A DNA stretch of 64,000 bases from an uncultured Gammaproteobacteria bacterium (lineage in GTDB: Bacteria; Patescibacteriota; Microgenomatia; CAZXEC01). Of the stretch, positions 28,120 to 37,488 are shown in pieces. The stretch lies in contig CAZXEC010000001.1 in assembly GCA_964639595.1 (NCBI GenBank), positions 390,903 through 454,902 on the forward strand, read 5' to 3'. The position numbers and the translations under genes were made by a program. Below the pieces are notes generated by a model. It had not been told where the DNA came from. It did not search any database and saw only the letters and a program-made list of their open reading frames with translations. Position 1 is the first letter of the stretch; each line of letters opens with the position of its first letter.

Positions 28120-29367
28120 TTGAAATTTAATATGTCTAATTCCCCAGAAGTTTTACATTTTATTGGTATTGGTGGTAGTGGTGCCTCGGCAGTGGCTGCT
28201 CTTGCTCAAGCCGCTGGATATCAAGTTACCGGATGCGATTTGGATACCAGCTCCAACTACTTAAAAGATTTGTCAACCATAGCAATCAGCCAAGGACATG
28301 CTCCCGCGCATATAAATAAGGTAGATCTGGTGGTAGTTTCGCCGGCGATTTTAAGCCTTGATGCTGATAACGAGGAACTCAAAGCAGCACACAATAAAAA
28401 AATTCCGCTGATGACCTGGCAGGAATTTATGGGTAAATTTTTGCAAAAAGACAAATTTGTGATTGCTGTTGCCGGCACTCACGGCAAATCAACCACTTGC
28501 GCCATGATCGGAATGATTTTGGAAGCGGCCGGCCTTGACCCAACAGTGGAAGTTGGAGCAATTGTCAGACAGTGGGGTAAAAATTATCGTCTTGGCCAGG
28601 GCAAATATTTTGTCTGTGAGGCCGATGAGTTTAATGATAATTTCTTAAACTACTATCCTGACCTGGCTGTTATTACCAACATTGAGTTTGACCATCCGGA
28701 ATATTTTCAAAATGAGCAGCAACTCCAGACTAGTTTTGCCAAGTTTATCAGCCAAGTCAAGTCTGGCGGTAGAGTGCTTCGTACCAGTGAAGTTGCTAAA
28801 GTTAAATATAATTTATCTATACCGGGTGAGTTTAATCAGGATAATGCCAGCCTGGCTGCAGCTTGCGCTCAACAACTTGGCATTGATGAGCTAGTTATAA
28901 AGAGCGCTTTGGAAAATTTTTCCGGAGTTGGCAGGAGATTTGAACAGGTGGGAGAAGTTGACGGTGTCAAAGTTTTTGACGATTATGCCCACCATCCCAC
29001 CGCCATTGTCAAAACACTGCAGGCTTTCAGGCAAAAATTCTCTAATGAGAAAATCTTTTGTGTTTTTCAGCCGCATATGTTTTCCCGCACCCGAGCTTTA
29101 TTTGATGATTTTGTTAAGGCTTTCCAAAATGCGCCGGTGGATGAAGTGATAGTTGTTGATATTTTTGCATCCCGCGAAAAAGCTACCGGCAGGGTGACCA
29201 GCCGTCAATTAGTCGAGGCTATAGGCAAAGATCATGTCAAATACTTATCCAGCTTAGAGGCTGCCTATAATTGGCTAAAAAGCCGGCTAGTTCCTGGTAG
29301 TATTGTGGTATGCATGGGCGCGGGTGATATTAATAAATTATCAAGAAAACTAGTTAATAATGAGTGA
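28120..29367 (+). CDS. murC: UDP-N-acetylmuramate--L-alanine ligase MurC
   Basis: HFIGIGGSGASAVA (domain 1) and VIAVAGTHGKSTT (P-loop). Confidence 0.85.
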   Translation: MKFNMSNSPEVLHFIGIGGSGASAVAALAQAAGYQVTGCDLDTSSNYLKDLSTIAISQGHAPAHINKVDLVVVSPAILSLDADNEELKAAHNKKIPLMTWQEFMGKFLQKDKFVIAVAGTHGKSTTCAMIGMILEAAGLDPTVEVGAIVRQWGKNYRLGQGKYFVCEADEFNDNFLNYYPDLAVITNIEFDHPEYFQNEQQLQTSFAKFISQVKSGGRVLRTSEVAKVKYNLSIPGEFNQDNASLAAACAQQLGIDELVIKSALENFSGVGRRFEQVGEVDGVKVFDDYAHHPTAIVKTLQAFRQKFSNEKIFCVFQPHMFSRTRALFDDFVKAFQNAPVDEVIVVDIFASREKATGRVTSRQLVEAIGKDHVKYLSSLEAAYNWLKSRLVPGSIVVCMGAGDINKLSRKLVNNE

Positions 29368-30436
29368 TCAATACAAAATAATTATAGACGAGTTGGGCAA
29401 AGATCACCTTTTGCAAGATGAGCCAATGGCCAGGCATACCACCTTTGCCATTGGCGGGCCGGCGGATTTGTTTTATGTAGCGCAAACCGCAGATGAGCTT
29501 ATTGGCGCTGTCAATTTAGCCAAAGCACGAAAAATTCCTTATTTTATTTTAGGTGGCGGATCAAAGATTTTGGTGGGGGATAAAGGTATCAGAGGACTGG
29601 TAATTCATAATAAAACTGTTGTAGTGGAAGTCATTAATTCATCCTTCATCATTCATCCCTCATCATTAACTAAGACGCAGCCGCGTTTTGGTCAGGCCGA
29701 TGAGGATCAGTTCATCAAATTTAATGATCTGGACTATGATGAATCAAAATATGACCGGGTGTTGGTCAAAGTTGATTCCGGAGTTATGGTGCCGGTGCTG
29801 ATTACTAATTTAATTAGCCAGGATATAACTGGCTTGGAGTGGTTTGCCAGAATCCCGGCATCAGTTGGTGGTGCAATCTATATGAATATGCATGGTGCTA
29901 ATCGTTTTTTGGGAAACTTAGTGGTGTCTGCCAGAATTCTTGATGCAGCCGGTAATATCAAAACTGTTGACCAATCTTATTTTCAATTTGATTATGATTA
30001 TAGTATTTTGCACAAGACCCTTGAGGTAGTACTTGATGTGACCCTAGCCTTGTATAAAGGAGACAGGCAGAAAGCATTAACTATTGCCACTGAGTGGGCC
30101 AAGAGAAAAAGTAAGGTTCAAACACCAACTTCTGCCGGTAGTATTTTCCGCAATCTTTCTGTGGTTGATATGACGAGACTTAAACTGCCCACTCCTGCTG
30201 CTGGCTATGTGATTGATCACCTGCTTGGTCTGGCAGGCACCAAAATCGGACAAGCCCAAATTTCTACTAAACATGCCAACTTTATAGTTAATTTAGGTGG
30301 AGCAAAAGCTACCGATGTGCTAGAATTGGTGAAGCTTTGCCAAGAGCAAGCCCAGCAAAAATTGGGTTTGGAACTGGCAGAAGAACTGCTCTACGTAGGG
30401 GAGTTTGGTAAGCAGATGGATGGTGAGATGAATTAA
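29360..30436 (+). CDS. murB: UDP-N-acetylenolpyruvoylglucosamine reductase MurB with an in-frame repeat-derived insertion
   Basis: An FAD-binding N-terminus (TTFAIGGPADLFY) and GSIFRN. The segment INSSFIIHPSSLTKTQ (29631-29675) coincides with the dispersed repeat in reverse orientation. Confidence 0.8.
   Translation: MSDQYKIIIDELGKDHLLQDEPMARHTTFAIGGPADLFYVAQTADELIGAVNLAKARKIPYFILGGGSKILVGDKGIRGLVIHNKTVVVEVINSSFIIHPSSLTKTQPRFGQADEDQFIKFNDLDYDESKYDRVLVKVDSGVMVPVLITNLISQDITGLEWFARIPASVGGAIYMNMHGANRFLGNLVVSARILDAAGNIKTVDQSYFQFDYDYSILHKTLEVVLDVTLALYKGDRQKALTIATEWAKRKSKVQTPTSAGSIFRNLSVVDMTRLKLPTPAAGYVIDHLLGLAGTKIGQAQISTKHANFIVNLGGAKATDVLELVKLCQEQAQQKLGLELAEELLYVGEFGKQMDGEMN
29631..29675. repeat. 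Same repeat family, reverse orientation, in frame inside murB
   Basis: Reverse complement = CTTAGTTAATGATGAGGGATGAATGATGAAGGATGAATTAATGAC. Confidence 0.5.
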
Positions 30437-30482
30437 CAAGATTCATTAATCTTTAATACTTAATCCTTTATCATTAACTAAT
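30416..30482. repeat. Same repeat family at the murB/murA junction, ending at the murA ATG
   Basis: Reverse complement contains ATTAGTTAATGATAAAGGATTAAG. Forward sequence reads …CCTTTATCATTAACTAAT-ATG. Confidence 0.5.
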
Positions 30483-31769
30483 ATGGCTAAATTTGAAATC
30501 ACTGGCGGCAGGCCCTTAATCGGACAGATTAATGCTGGAGCCAACAAGAATGGAATCTTACCGGTAATGGCTGCCAGCTTGTTAACGGATGAGGATTGTA
30601 TTTTAGAAAATGTACCTGATATAGGCGATGTTAAAGTATTGGGCCAAATCCTGCGGGAATTAGGTGCGGTAGTGGAAAAGCAGGGCGAGGATACACTCAA
30701 AATCAATACTTCAAAAGTTACTAAACATCAATTATCATCAGAACTGGTAGCTCAATTGAGAGGTTCTGTTTTACTTTTGGGGCCACTGGTCAAAAGACTG
30801 GGTAAGGTAAAAATGCGCCACCCCGGTGGAGACATTATCGGACGCAGGTCGATTGATGTCCATTTAGATGCTCTGTCTCAACTAGGAGTCAGCGTTAAGG
30901 TTGATGATAATAGTTACGAATTATCTGCTGGCAAATTAACCGGAGTTCCGGTGTTTTTAGTTGAGTCATCGGTCACAGCTACAGAAAATGTTATCATGGC
31001 AGCAGTTCTGGCAGAAGGAACTACGGTTATCAAACATGCTGCTTCCGAGCCGCATGTGGCTGATTTGTGTAAATTCTTAAATAAAATGGGTGCCAAAATA
31101 TCAGGAGTTGGTTCAAACCTGCTGATGGTGGAAGGCGTCTCAAGATTAAGAGGAATAACACACAGAATTCCCTCTGATCATATTGAAGTAGGCACTTTTG
31201 CCGTGGCTGCTGCTGTTACCCAGGGAGATATTACCATCAATGATGTGCAACCGGAAGATATGGACATGATTGTGACTTATCTGAAAAAAATGGGAGTTGA
31301 TATCAAGTTGGTTGCCAATAATTCGTCAGAACATAACCAGTCTCCATGGAGTCTGCAGGTGAAATCATCAAAACTGACGGCAATTCGTAAAATCGATACT
31401 GACCCATGGCCAGGATTCCCGACTGATTTGACGTCTGTATTTACTGTTTTGGCAACCCAAGCTGCAGGAACTACGTTGGTTCATGACTGGATGTACGAAG
31501 GCAGAATGTTTTTTGTGGATAAACTGATTAACATGGGCGCCAACATCATCTTATGTGATCCCCATCGGGCAGTGGTGGCTGGGCCGACTAAGCTGGTCGG
31601 CAGAGAACTGGATAGTCCGGATTTGAGAGCCGGTATGGCCCTGGTTTTGGCAGCCTTGGCAGCTGATGGTAGAAGCACCATAGATCGGATAGAACAGGTG
31701 GAAAGAGGTTACGGGGATGTGGAAAAAAGATTCAAAAGCCTGGGCGCGGCTATTAAGAGGGTAGACTGA
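30483..31769 (+). CDS. murA: UDP-N-acetylglucosamine 1-carboxyvinyltransferase MurA
   Basis: MAKFEITGGRPLIGQINAGANKNGILPVMAA... with typical MurA N-terminus and length. Confidence 0.85.
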   Translation: MAKFEITGGRPLIGQINAGANKNGILPVMAASLLTDEDCILENVPDIGDVKVLGQILRELGAVVEKQGEDTLKINTSKVTKHQLSSELVAQLRGSVLLLGPLVKRLGKVKMRHPGGDIIGRRSIDVHLDALSQLGVSVKVDDNSYELSAGKLTGVPVFLVESSVTATENVIMAAVLAEGTTVIKHAASEPHVADLCKFLNKMGAKISGVGSNLLMVEGVSRLRGITHRIPSDHIEVGTFAVAAAVTQGDITINDVQPEDMDMIVTYLKKMGVDIKLVANNSSEHNQSPWSLQVKSSKLTAIRKIDTDPWPGFPTDLTSVFTVLATQAAGTTLVHDWMYEGRMFFVDKLINMGANIILCDPHRAVVAGPTKLVGRELDSPDLRAGMALVLAALAADGRSTIDRIEQVERGYGDVEKRFKSLGAAIKRVD

Positions 31770-31845
31770 TAATGATTAAGGATGAATGATGAATTACAAA
31801 ATAAATTTAATCATTAATAGTTGATCTTTTATCATTAACTAATGT
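31770..31845. repeat. Same repeat family at the murA/glmS junction (forward and reverse half-copies forming a hairpin)
   Basis: TAATGATTAAGGATGAATGATGAAT…TTAATCATTAATAG…CTTTTATCATTAACTAATG. TAATGATTAA (31770-79) pairs with TTAATCATTA (31808-17). Confidence 0.5.
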
Positions 31846-33621
31846 ATGTGTGGGATTTTTGGCTATGTCGGAACCAACGATGATGCTGCTGAAAAAGTCT
31901 TACAAGGACTGAAAAGATTAGAATATCGCGGTTATGATTCTTGGGGAATCGCTGTTTTAAATGGTAAAATAAAGTTGAGCAAAAAAGTTGGGGCAATAGG
32001 AGATATTAATGGCCAAACAAGCCTGCCTCGATCCTCAATCGGTATTGGACATACTCGTTGGGCTACACATGGAGGAATAAATGAAATTAATGCTCACCCA
32101 CACCTCTCTTCTGATAGGAGCTTTGCCCTTGCTCAAAATGGTATTGTAGAAAACTATCTGGAGCTCAAAAAAGAACTATTAAAGAAAAACTTCAAATTTA
32201 ACTCCGAAACAGACACCGAAGTAATTGTTAGGTTAGTTGAGCAGGAACTAAAGCATAGCAAAAACCTGATTGATGCGATACGTTTGGCGTTTTTGAAATT
32301 AAAAGGAAGAAATACGGTAATTATTTTAACACAAGATGGCCGGATGATTGCCGCTCGTAATGGCTCACCTTTGGTTGTTGGTCTAAATAAGAAAGATCGT
32401 GAAATATATTTGTCTTCCGATACTTTATCTTTTGCTCCATTTGTTCAGAAGATGATAGTTGTAGAAAATAGTCAGCTGGTTTACTGCCAAGACGGGAATA
32501 TAAAATTAATGGATATTAAATCAGGCAGGAATCGATCATATATACAAGAAAATGTTGATCTTGACAATAATACTATCGATAAAGAAGGGTATCCCCACTT
32601 CATGGTTAAGGAGATACACGAAGGCCCATATGTCATAAGACAATTGCTGAATCAAGATATAAAAATTTATCAACAACTGGTAAATGCCATCAAGAAAGCC
32701 AAAAATGTCTATACTATCGCATCTGGGACAACCGGTATAGCAGCCTCTCAGATAGCATTTTATTTGAGAATTTATACTAAAATTAAAGTAACCAGCTTAA
32801 TAGGTGCCGAAGCTCTGGATTATTATGATCTGTTCTCTAAAGGAGATTTGATTATTGCCCCATCCCAAAGCGGTGAAACAGCAGATGTGTTGGAGGTTCT
32901 GGAAGTTGCCAAAAAGAAAGGGGTTAAAATTGCCTCTTTTGTTAATATGTCAGGATCCACCATGACCAGAATGTCAGATATTAAATTTATGACCCAATCC
33001 GGTCCGGAGGTTTGTGTGATGTCTACTAAGGTGTTCGTTTCACAAATTGCCTGGGGTTATCTGATTGCCAAAATTGCTCAAGGTAAACTCAAAGAAGGGG
33101 TTAGAAATTTGAATGATCTAGCTTATCAAATGGATAAGTACTTAAAAGATAGAAAAAATCATAAGGCTATAAAATTGATAGGGAAAAAGTTGATCAAAGC
33201 AAAAAATATTTTCCTTTTAGGAAAATATCAAAATCTAAATATTATCAAGGAAGGTATGGTTAAAATTATTGAAGGCACGTATAAACATGCTCATGCTATC
33301 CCTGCTGGGGACTTAAAACACTACGCCATAACTCTAATAGAAAAAGGCGTTCCGGTTATTTCAGCTGTTTCTTGTGATGTGGCAGAGAGAGATATTCTCA
33401 ACGCTGTCAATGAGGTAAAAGCCAGAGGTGCTACAATTATAGGGATATCACCAAAACCTCATCAAAGCTTTGATTTTCACCTCCAAGTTCCTGACACGAA
33501 AGAAACCTCGGCTATTATGAATATTATTCCACTGCAGTTGCTATCTTATTATATGACTGTTGAACTTGGTCATAATGTAGATAAACCTAGAAATATTGCC
33601 AAAAGCGTGACAGTTAAATAA
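31846..33621 (+). CDS. glmS: Glutamine--fructose-6-phosphate aminotransferase GlmS
   Basis: MCGIFGYVG (Ntn Cys) plus two SIS domains. Confidence 0.9.
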   Translation: MCGIFGYVGTNDDAAEKVLQGLKRLEYRGYDSWGIAVLNGKIKLSKKVGAIGDINGQTSLPRSSIGIGHTRWATHGGINEINAHPHLSSDRSFALAQNGIVENYLELKKELLKKNFKFNSETDTEVIVRLVEQELKHSKNLIDAIRLAFLKLKGRNTVIILTQDGRMIAARNGSPLVVGLNKKDREIYLSSDTLSFAPFVQKMIVVENSQLVYCQDGNIKLMDIKSGRNRSYIQENVDLDNNTIDKEGYPHFMVKEIHEGPYVIRQLLNQDIKIYQQLVNAIKKAKNVYTIASGTTGIAASQIAFYLRIYTKIKVTSLIGAEALDYYDLFSKGDLIIAPSQSGETADVLEVLEVAKKKGVKIASFVNMSGSTMTRMSDIKFMTQSGPEVCVMSTKVFVSQIAWGYLIAKIAQGKLKEGVRNLNDLAYQMDKYLKDRKNHKAIKLIGKKLIKAKNIFLLGKYQNLNIIKEGMVKIIEGTYKHAHAIPAGDLKHYAITLIEKGVPVISAVSCDVAERDILNAVNEVKARGATIIGISPKPHQSFDFHLQVPDTKETSAIMNIIPLQLLSYYMTVELGHNVDKPRNIAKSVTVK

Positions 33622-33625
33622 TAAT

Positions 33626-34303
33626 ATGAAGAGGCTTATTTTTGATATCGAAACAGTCGGGCAGAAATTTTCCAAACTTGACCGGGAGCAGAAGAAGTAT
33701 TTAACCCGTTTTGCCAAAGATGAAAAAGAATTGCTGTCTGCCAAACAATCAACCGCGCTTTATCCGGTGACTGGTTTTGTTTTTGCCATTGGCCTGTTCT
33801 CGCCGGATTATCCTGATTTTGGCAAAGTGTATTACCTGAGTCCACTGGATAAGACTGCCCAAACTGATCAGAAGAAAAAAGTAGTTTATGAACCTTTCGC
33901 AGATGAAGCGCAGCTATTGGAAAAATTCTGGCAGGCAGTTGCCAATTTTGAGCAAGTTGTCACTTTTAACGGCCGGGCTTTTGATGTGCCGTTTTTGATG
34001 ATCAGGTCCGCTGTCAATAAAGTTAAAGTAACCACCGCTCTGATGGGCAACCGCTATGCTGCCCGGCATGTAGATTTGGCAGACCAGCTAAGTTTTTTTG
34101 GTGCCTCCAGAAAATTGTCTTTGGACATGTATTGTAAGGCATTTGGTATAAAAAGTCCCAAAGCTCAAGGCATCACCGGCCTGGACGTGTCAAGGCTGTA
34201 TTATAAGAAGAAATATTTGGACATTGCCCAGTATTGCTGGGGCGATGTGGTGGCCACTTACCAACTTTATCAGTACTGGCACGACTTCATGATGGTAGAA
34301 TAA
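33626..34303 (+). CDS. Predicted DEDDy-type 3'-5' exonuclease (RNase H-like fold)
   Basis: FDIET (Exo I), FNGRAFDVPFL (Exo II) and YCWGDVVATYQLY (Exo III, Y-x3-D). Confidence 0.4.
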   Translation: MKRLIFDIETVGQKFSKLDREQKKYLTRFAKDEKELLSAKQSTALYPVTGFVFAIGLFSPDYPDFGKVYYLSPLDKTAQTDQKKKVVYEPFADEAQLLEKFWQAVANFEQVVTFNGRAFDVPFLMIRSAVNKVKVTTALMGNRYAARHVDLADQLSFFGASRKLSLDMYCKAFGIKSPKAQGITGLDVSRLYYKKKYLDIAQYCWGDVVATYQLYQYWHDFMMVE

Positions 34304-34307
34304 AGAT

Positions 34308-35582
34308 ATGGCGGCCTGGTTCAAGACGATCTTATACTTTCCCATAGCTTATTACTTTAGATTTTTTGCCGGTATTCAATTAAAAATCTGGCATCCTAGA
34401 GTAATCGTAGTGACAGGGTCTAGCGGTAAAACTACCCTGTTGCATTTAATCGAATCACAACTAAGAAGCCAAGCTAAATATTCCCACCATGCCAACAGTT
34501 CCTATGGGATACCTTTTGATATTTTAAATCTGCATCGCCGTAGCCTGACTATTATTGAATGGCCAGGACTTTTTTTACTGGCCCCGTTTAGGGCTTTTAA
34601 AAAACCTTATCCGCAAAAAATTTATATAGTTGAGGCTGATTGTGATCGACCGTTTGAAGGTAAGTTCTTAGCATTGCTGCTTAGACCGGAAGTGACTTTA
34701 TGGACGAGCGTTTCCCGGACTCACAGTAAAAATTTTGATAAGTTAGTCAAAAACAAAAAATATTATTCACTGGAGGATGCCATTGCTTATGAGTATGGCT
34801 ATTTTCTGGAGTATACATCAGATTTGTCGATAGTGGATGGAGATTCTGCATTTATCACAAAGCAACTATCCAGGACCACCTCTCAGGTGAAGCTGGCTAC
34901 TATTGCAAATCACCTTCAGGATTATCAAGTTTCGCTTAGTCAGACTAGATTTAAAATTGATGATAAACTGTATACTTTTAATTTTTCTCTACCAAGGGAG
35001 ACCTCCTATAATATTTTTATGTGTCTTGGGCTTCTTGCTTATCTTGGTCATCCAGTTGATGATACATTTGCTCATTTTTATCTTCCTCCCGGTAGAAGCT
35101 CAGTATTTCCTGGGGTAAATGATATCACCATTATTGATAGTAGTTACAATGCCAATTTATCTTCCATGGAAGTAATCCTGGAAATGTTTTCCAGAATTCC
35201 CGCCCAAACCAAATGGGCAGTAATTGGCGATATGCTGGAACAAGGAGCAGGTGAGGGTTATGAGCATGAACAACTTGCCCAAATTATAGCTAAACTAGAG
35301 CTAAAAAAAATTATTTTATTTGGTCCTCGCACATCACAGTATACTTTCCCTCAATTACAAAAAATGATTGGGGACAAAACGGATGTTCAAAAATTTATGA
35401 ATCCTCGGGAAGTGCTGGACTATTTACAAAATACAATTTCCGGCGGTGAAGTTATTCTATTTAAAGGAGCTCGTTTTTTAGAAGGAGTTATCGAACATCT
35501 GCTTTGGGATAAAAATGATGCACAAAAATTGGCCAGACGGGAAAAAGTTTGGCAAATAAGGAGAAAACACTGGGGGCTATGA
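34308..35582 (+). CDS. murF: UDP-MurNAc-tripeptide--D-Ala-D-Ala ligase MurF, short form lacking the N-terminal domain
   Basis: VIVVTGSSGKTTLL P-loop at about residue 33, and IIDSSYNANLSSM (the MurF DDSYNANP motif). Confidence 0.7.
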   Translation: MAAWFKTILYFPIAYYFRFFAGIQLKIWHPRVIVVTGSSGKTTLLHLIESQLRSQAKYSHHANSSYGIPFDILNLHRRSLTIIEWPGLFLLAPFRAFKKPYPQKIYIVEADCDRPFEGKFLALLLRPEVTLWTSVSRTHSKNFDKLVKNKKYYSLEDAIAYEYGYFLEYTSDLSIVDGDSAFITKQLSRTTSQVKLATIANHLQDYQVSLSQTRFKIDDKLYTFNFSLPRETSYNIFMCLGLLAYLGHPVDDTFAHFYLPPGRSSVFPGVNDITIIDSSYNANLSSMEVILEMFSRIPAQTKWAVIGDMLEQGAGEGYEHEQLAQIIAKLELKKIILFGPRTSQYTFPQLQKMIGDKTDVQKFMNPREVLDYLQNTISGGEVILFKGARFLEGVIEHLLWDKNDAQKLARREKVWQIRRKHWGL

Positions 35583-36292
35583 ACAAAATTTTTATTCTAC
35601 ACGGATGGACGTACTCAAATGTGAATATAGATCCTCTTAAGAAATGGGATCTGTTTATAAAATTTATGGCTTCAAAAGGAACGAATCCTGTTTTACTGCG
35701 TATTCCCGGTTTAACAACAGCAATAGATCAAGTTTGGAATCTGGAAGAATATGTTAAATGGCTCAAAAAAATAACCGACGATGAAAAAGGGAAAGTTATA
35801 TTAATAGGTCATTCAAATGGAGGACGCATCGCGTTTAGTTTTGCTGAAAAATATCCAGATAAAATTAGTCAACTGGTTTTGATAGACAGTGCAGGTGTTT
35901 ACCACAATGAATTACCAATTCGTATTAAAAGATTTATCTTTGGGAATATGGCTAAGTTAGGGAAAAAAATAACCACCTCTGAAACTCTTAAAATTTTACT
36001 CTATAAATTAGCCCGCGAAGGAGATTATGGAAATGCTCTGCCAGCTCAACGACGAACGATGTTAAATTTAATCAGCACTGATTTAACTGGAATACTGAGC
36101 AAAATTCAAGTACCGACACTAATTATTTGGGGTCAGGAAGATACCACTACTCCTCTTGAGGATGGTAAATTAATGCACAGTTTAGTTAAAGGTTCAAAAT
36201 TATACGTTGTTAAAGGTGCCGGGCATTCACCTCAATTTACTCATACAAAAGAAGTGGCTGACCTCATCATAAAAGAATTGCCAGTTGTATGA
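35579..36292 (+). CDS. Alpha/beta-hydrolase fold protein
   Basis: GHSNGG nucleophile elbow and a GAGH motif near the C-terminus. ATGA overlap with murF. Confidence 0.55.
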   Translation: MNKIFILHGWTYSNVNIDPLKKWDLFIKFMASKGTNPVLLRIPGLTTAIDQVWNLEEYVKWLKKITDDEKGKVILIGHSNGGRIAFSFAEKYPDKISQLVLIDSAGVYHNELPIRIKRFIFGNMAKLGKKITTSETLKILLYKLAREGDYGNALPAQRRTMLNLISTDLTGILSKIQVPTLIIWGQEDTTTPLEDGKLMHSLVKGSKLYVVKGAGHSPQFTHTKEVADLIIKELPVV

Positions 36293-37488
36293 GTATTTTT
36301 AATTCCTTAGGCTCAAATTACTCTGCAGATTTTGTATTGAAAGCTATATTTGCTCCAAATAATCAGCAACATCAGGTAGATTTAAAAAATATGCTGGAGC
36401 AAAGATACGGAGGCCAAGTACTACTATTTTATAAAGCCCGTGAAGCTTTGAAGTCAGCATTAATGCTACTGGGATTGGACTTGTCCGCCACTGTCGCTGT
36501 TTGCGGCTTTACTTGTTATGTAGTATACCAGGCAGTCACAGAAGCGGGGTTAAAGGTTGAGTATTTGGATATTGCCGATGGCGGCTTAAACTTTACAGCA
36601 TCACAGCTGGAGGAAAGATTAAAGACGAATCCCTCCATCAAAGTAGTAATAATACAAAATACTTTAGGTTATCCTTGCGAGATTAGAGAAATAAAAAAAC
36701 TATGCGTTGATAACCAATTAATATTGATTGAGGATTTAGCTCATAGTGCCGGGCTAGTTTATCTTAATGGTCAGGAAGCTGGCACGATGGGTGATTTGGC
36801 AGTGCTATCTTTTAGCCAAGACAAAATTATCGATGGAATATCTGGAGGAGCATTGATTATAAGAAACAAAAAATTATTTCCTCTTTTTTCAATAAAATTT
36901 ACCAACCTAAACCTCCGGCAACAGCTGCTTGATAGGATGTATCCCATGTTTACGTTTTTGATTAGAAATAGTTATGATTTGGCTATCGGGAAGATTTTGC
37001 ATCTTGTCCTCAAGCAAGCAGGCTGGTTGTCATCAACAATTAATACCGCAGGGATTTTAACGATTCACTCGCTCCCATTTTGGTATTGTTATTTAATTAA
37101 ATTACAGATGGAGCATTTGGATATGAACCTTAAACATAGAAGGGAAATAGCCCGCATTTATACCAGGTATCTTGACAAAAAAATGCTTTCTTCTGCCCTA
37201 ATTTCCCAGATTAATAACTCTACTCATGTCAGATTTCCTATTCTGGTAGATAAAAGAGACAGTTTAATAACTTATCTGACCAAGCGTGGCATTCATCTGG
37301 CAGATATTTGGTATGATGCCCCGATTGCGCCTGGCAAATATCTGCAGATGACTAATTATCAATCTCAGTGTCCGGTAGCAGAAAAAATTTCCTCGAGGAT
37401 AGTTAATTTACCGACTCATGGTTACGTCTCGGGGAAATATGCCCGAAGGATTACCAACCTAATTAACCAATGGCAACTATCACAGTAA
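36289..37488 (+). CDS. DegT/DnrJ/EryC1/ArnB-family PLP-dependent (sugar) aminotransferase
   Basis: LIEDLAHSAGLVYLNGQEAGTMGDLAVLSFSQDKIIDGISGGALI matches the DegT core, including the PLP lysine. Confidence 0.55.
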   Translation: MSIFNSLGSNYSADFVLKAIFAPNNQQHQVDLKNMLEQRYGGQVLLFYKAREALKSALMLLGLDLSATVAVCGFTCYVVYQAVTEAGLKVEYLDIADGGLNFTASQLEERLKTNPSIKVVIIQNTLGYPCEIREIKKLCVDNQLILIEDLAHSAGLVYLNGQEAGTMGDLAVLSFSQDKIIDGISGGALIIRNKKLFPLFSIKFTNLNLRQQLLDRMYPMFTFLIRNSYDLAIGKILHLVLKQAGWLSSTINTAGILTIHSLPFWYCYLIKLQMEHLDMNLKHRREIARIYTRYLDKKMLSSALISQINNSTHVRFPILVDKRDSLITYLTKRGIHLADIWYDAPIAPGKYLQMTNYQSQCPVAEKISSRIVNLPTHGYVSGKYARRITNLINQWQLSQ

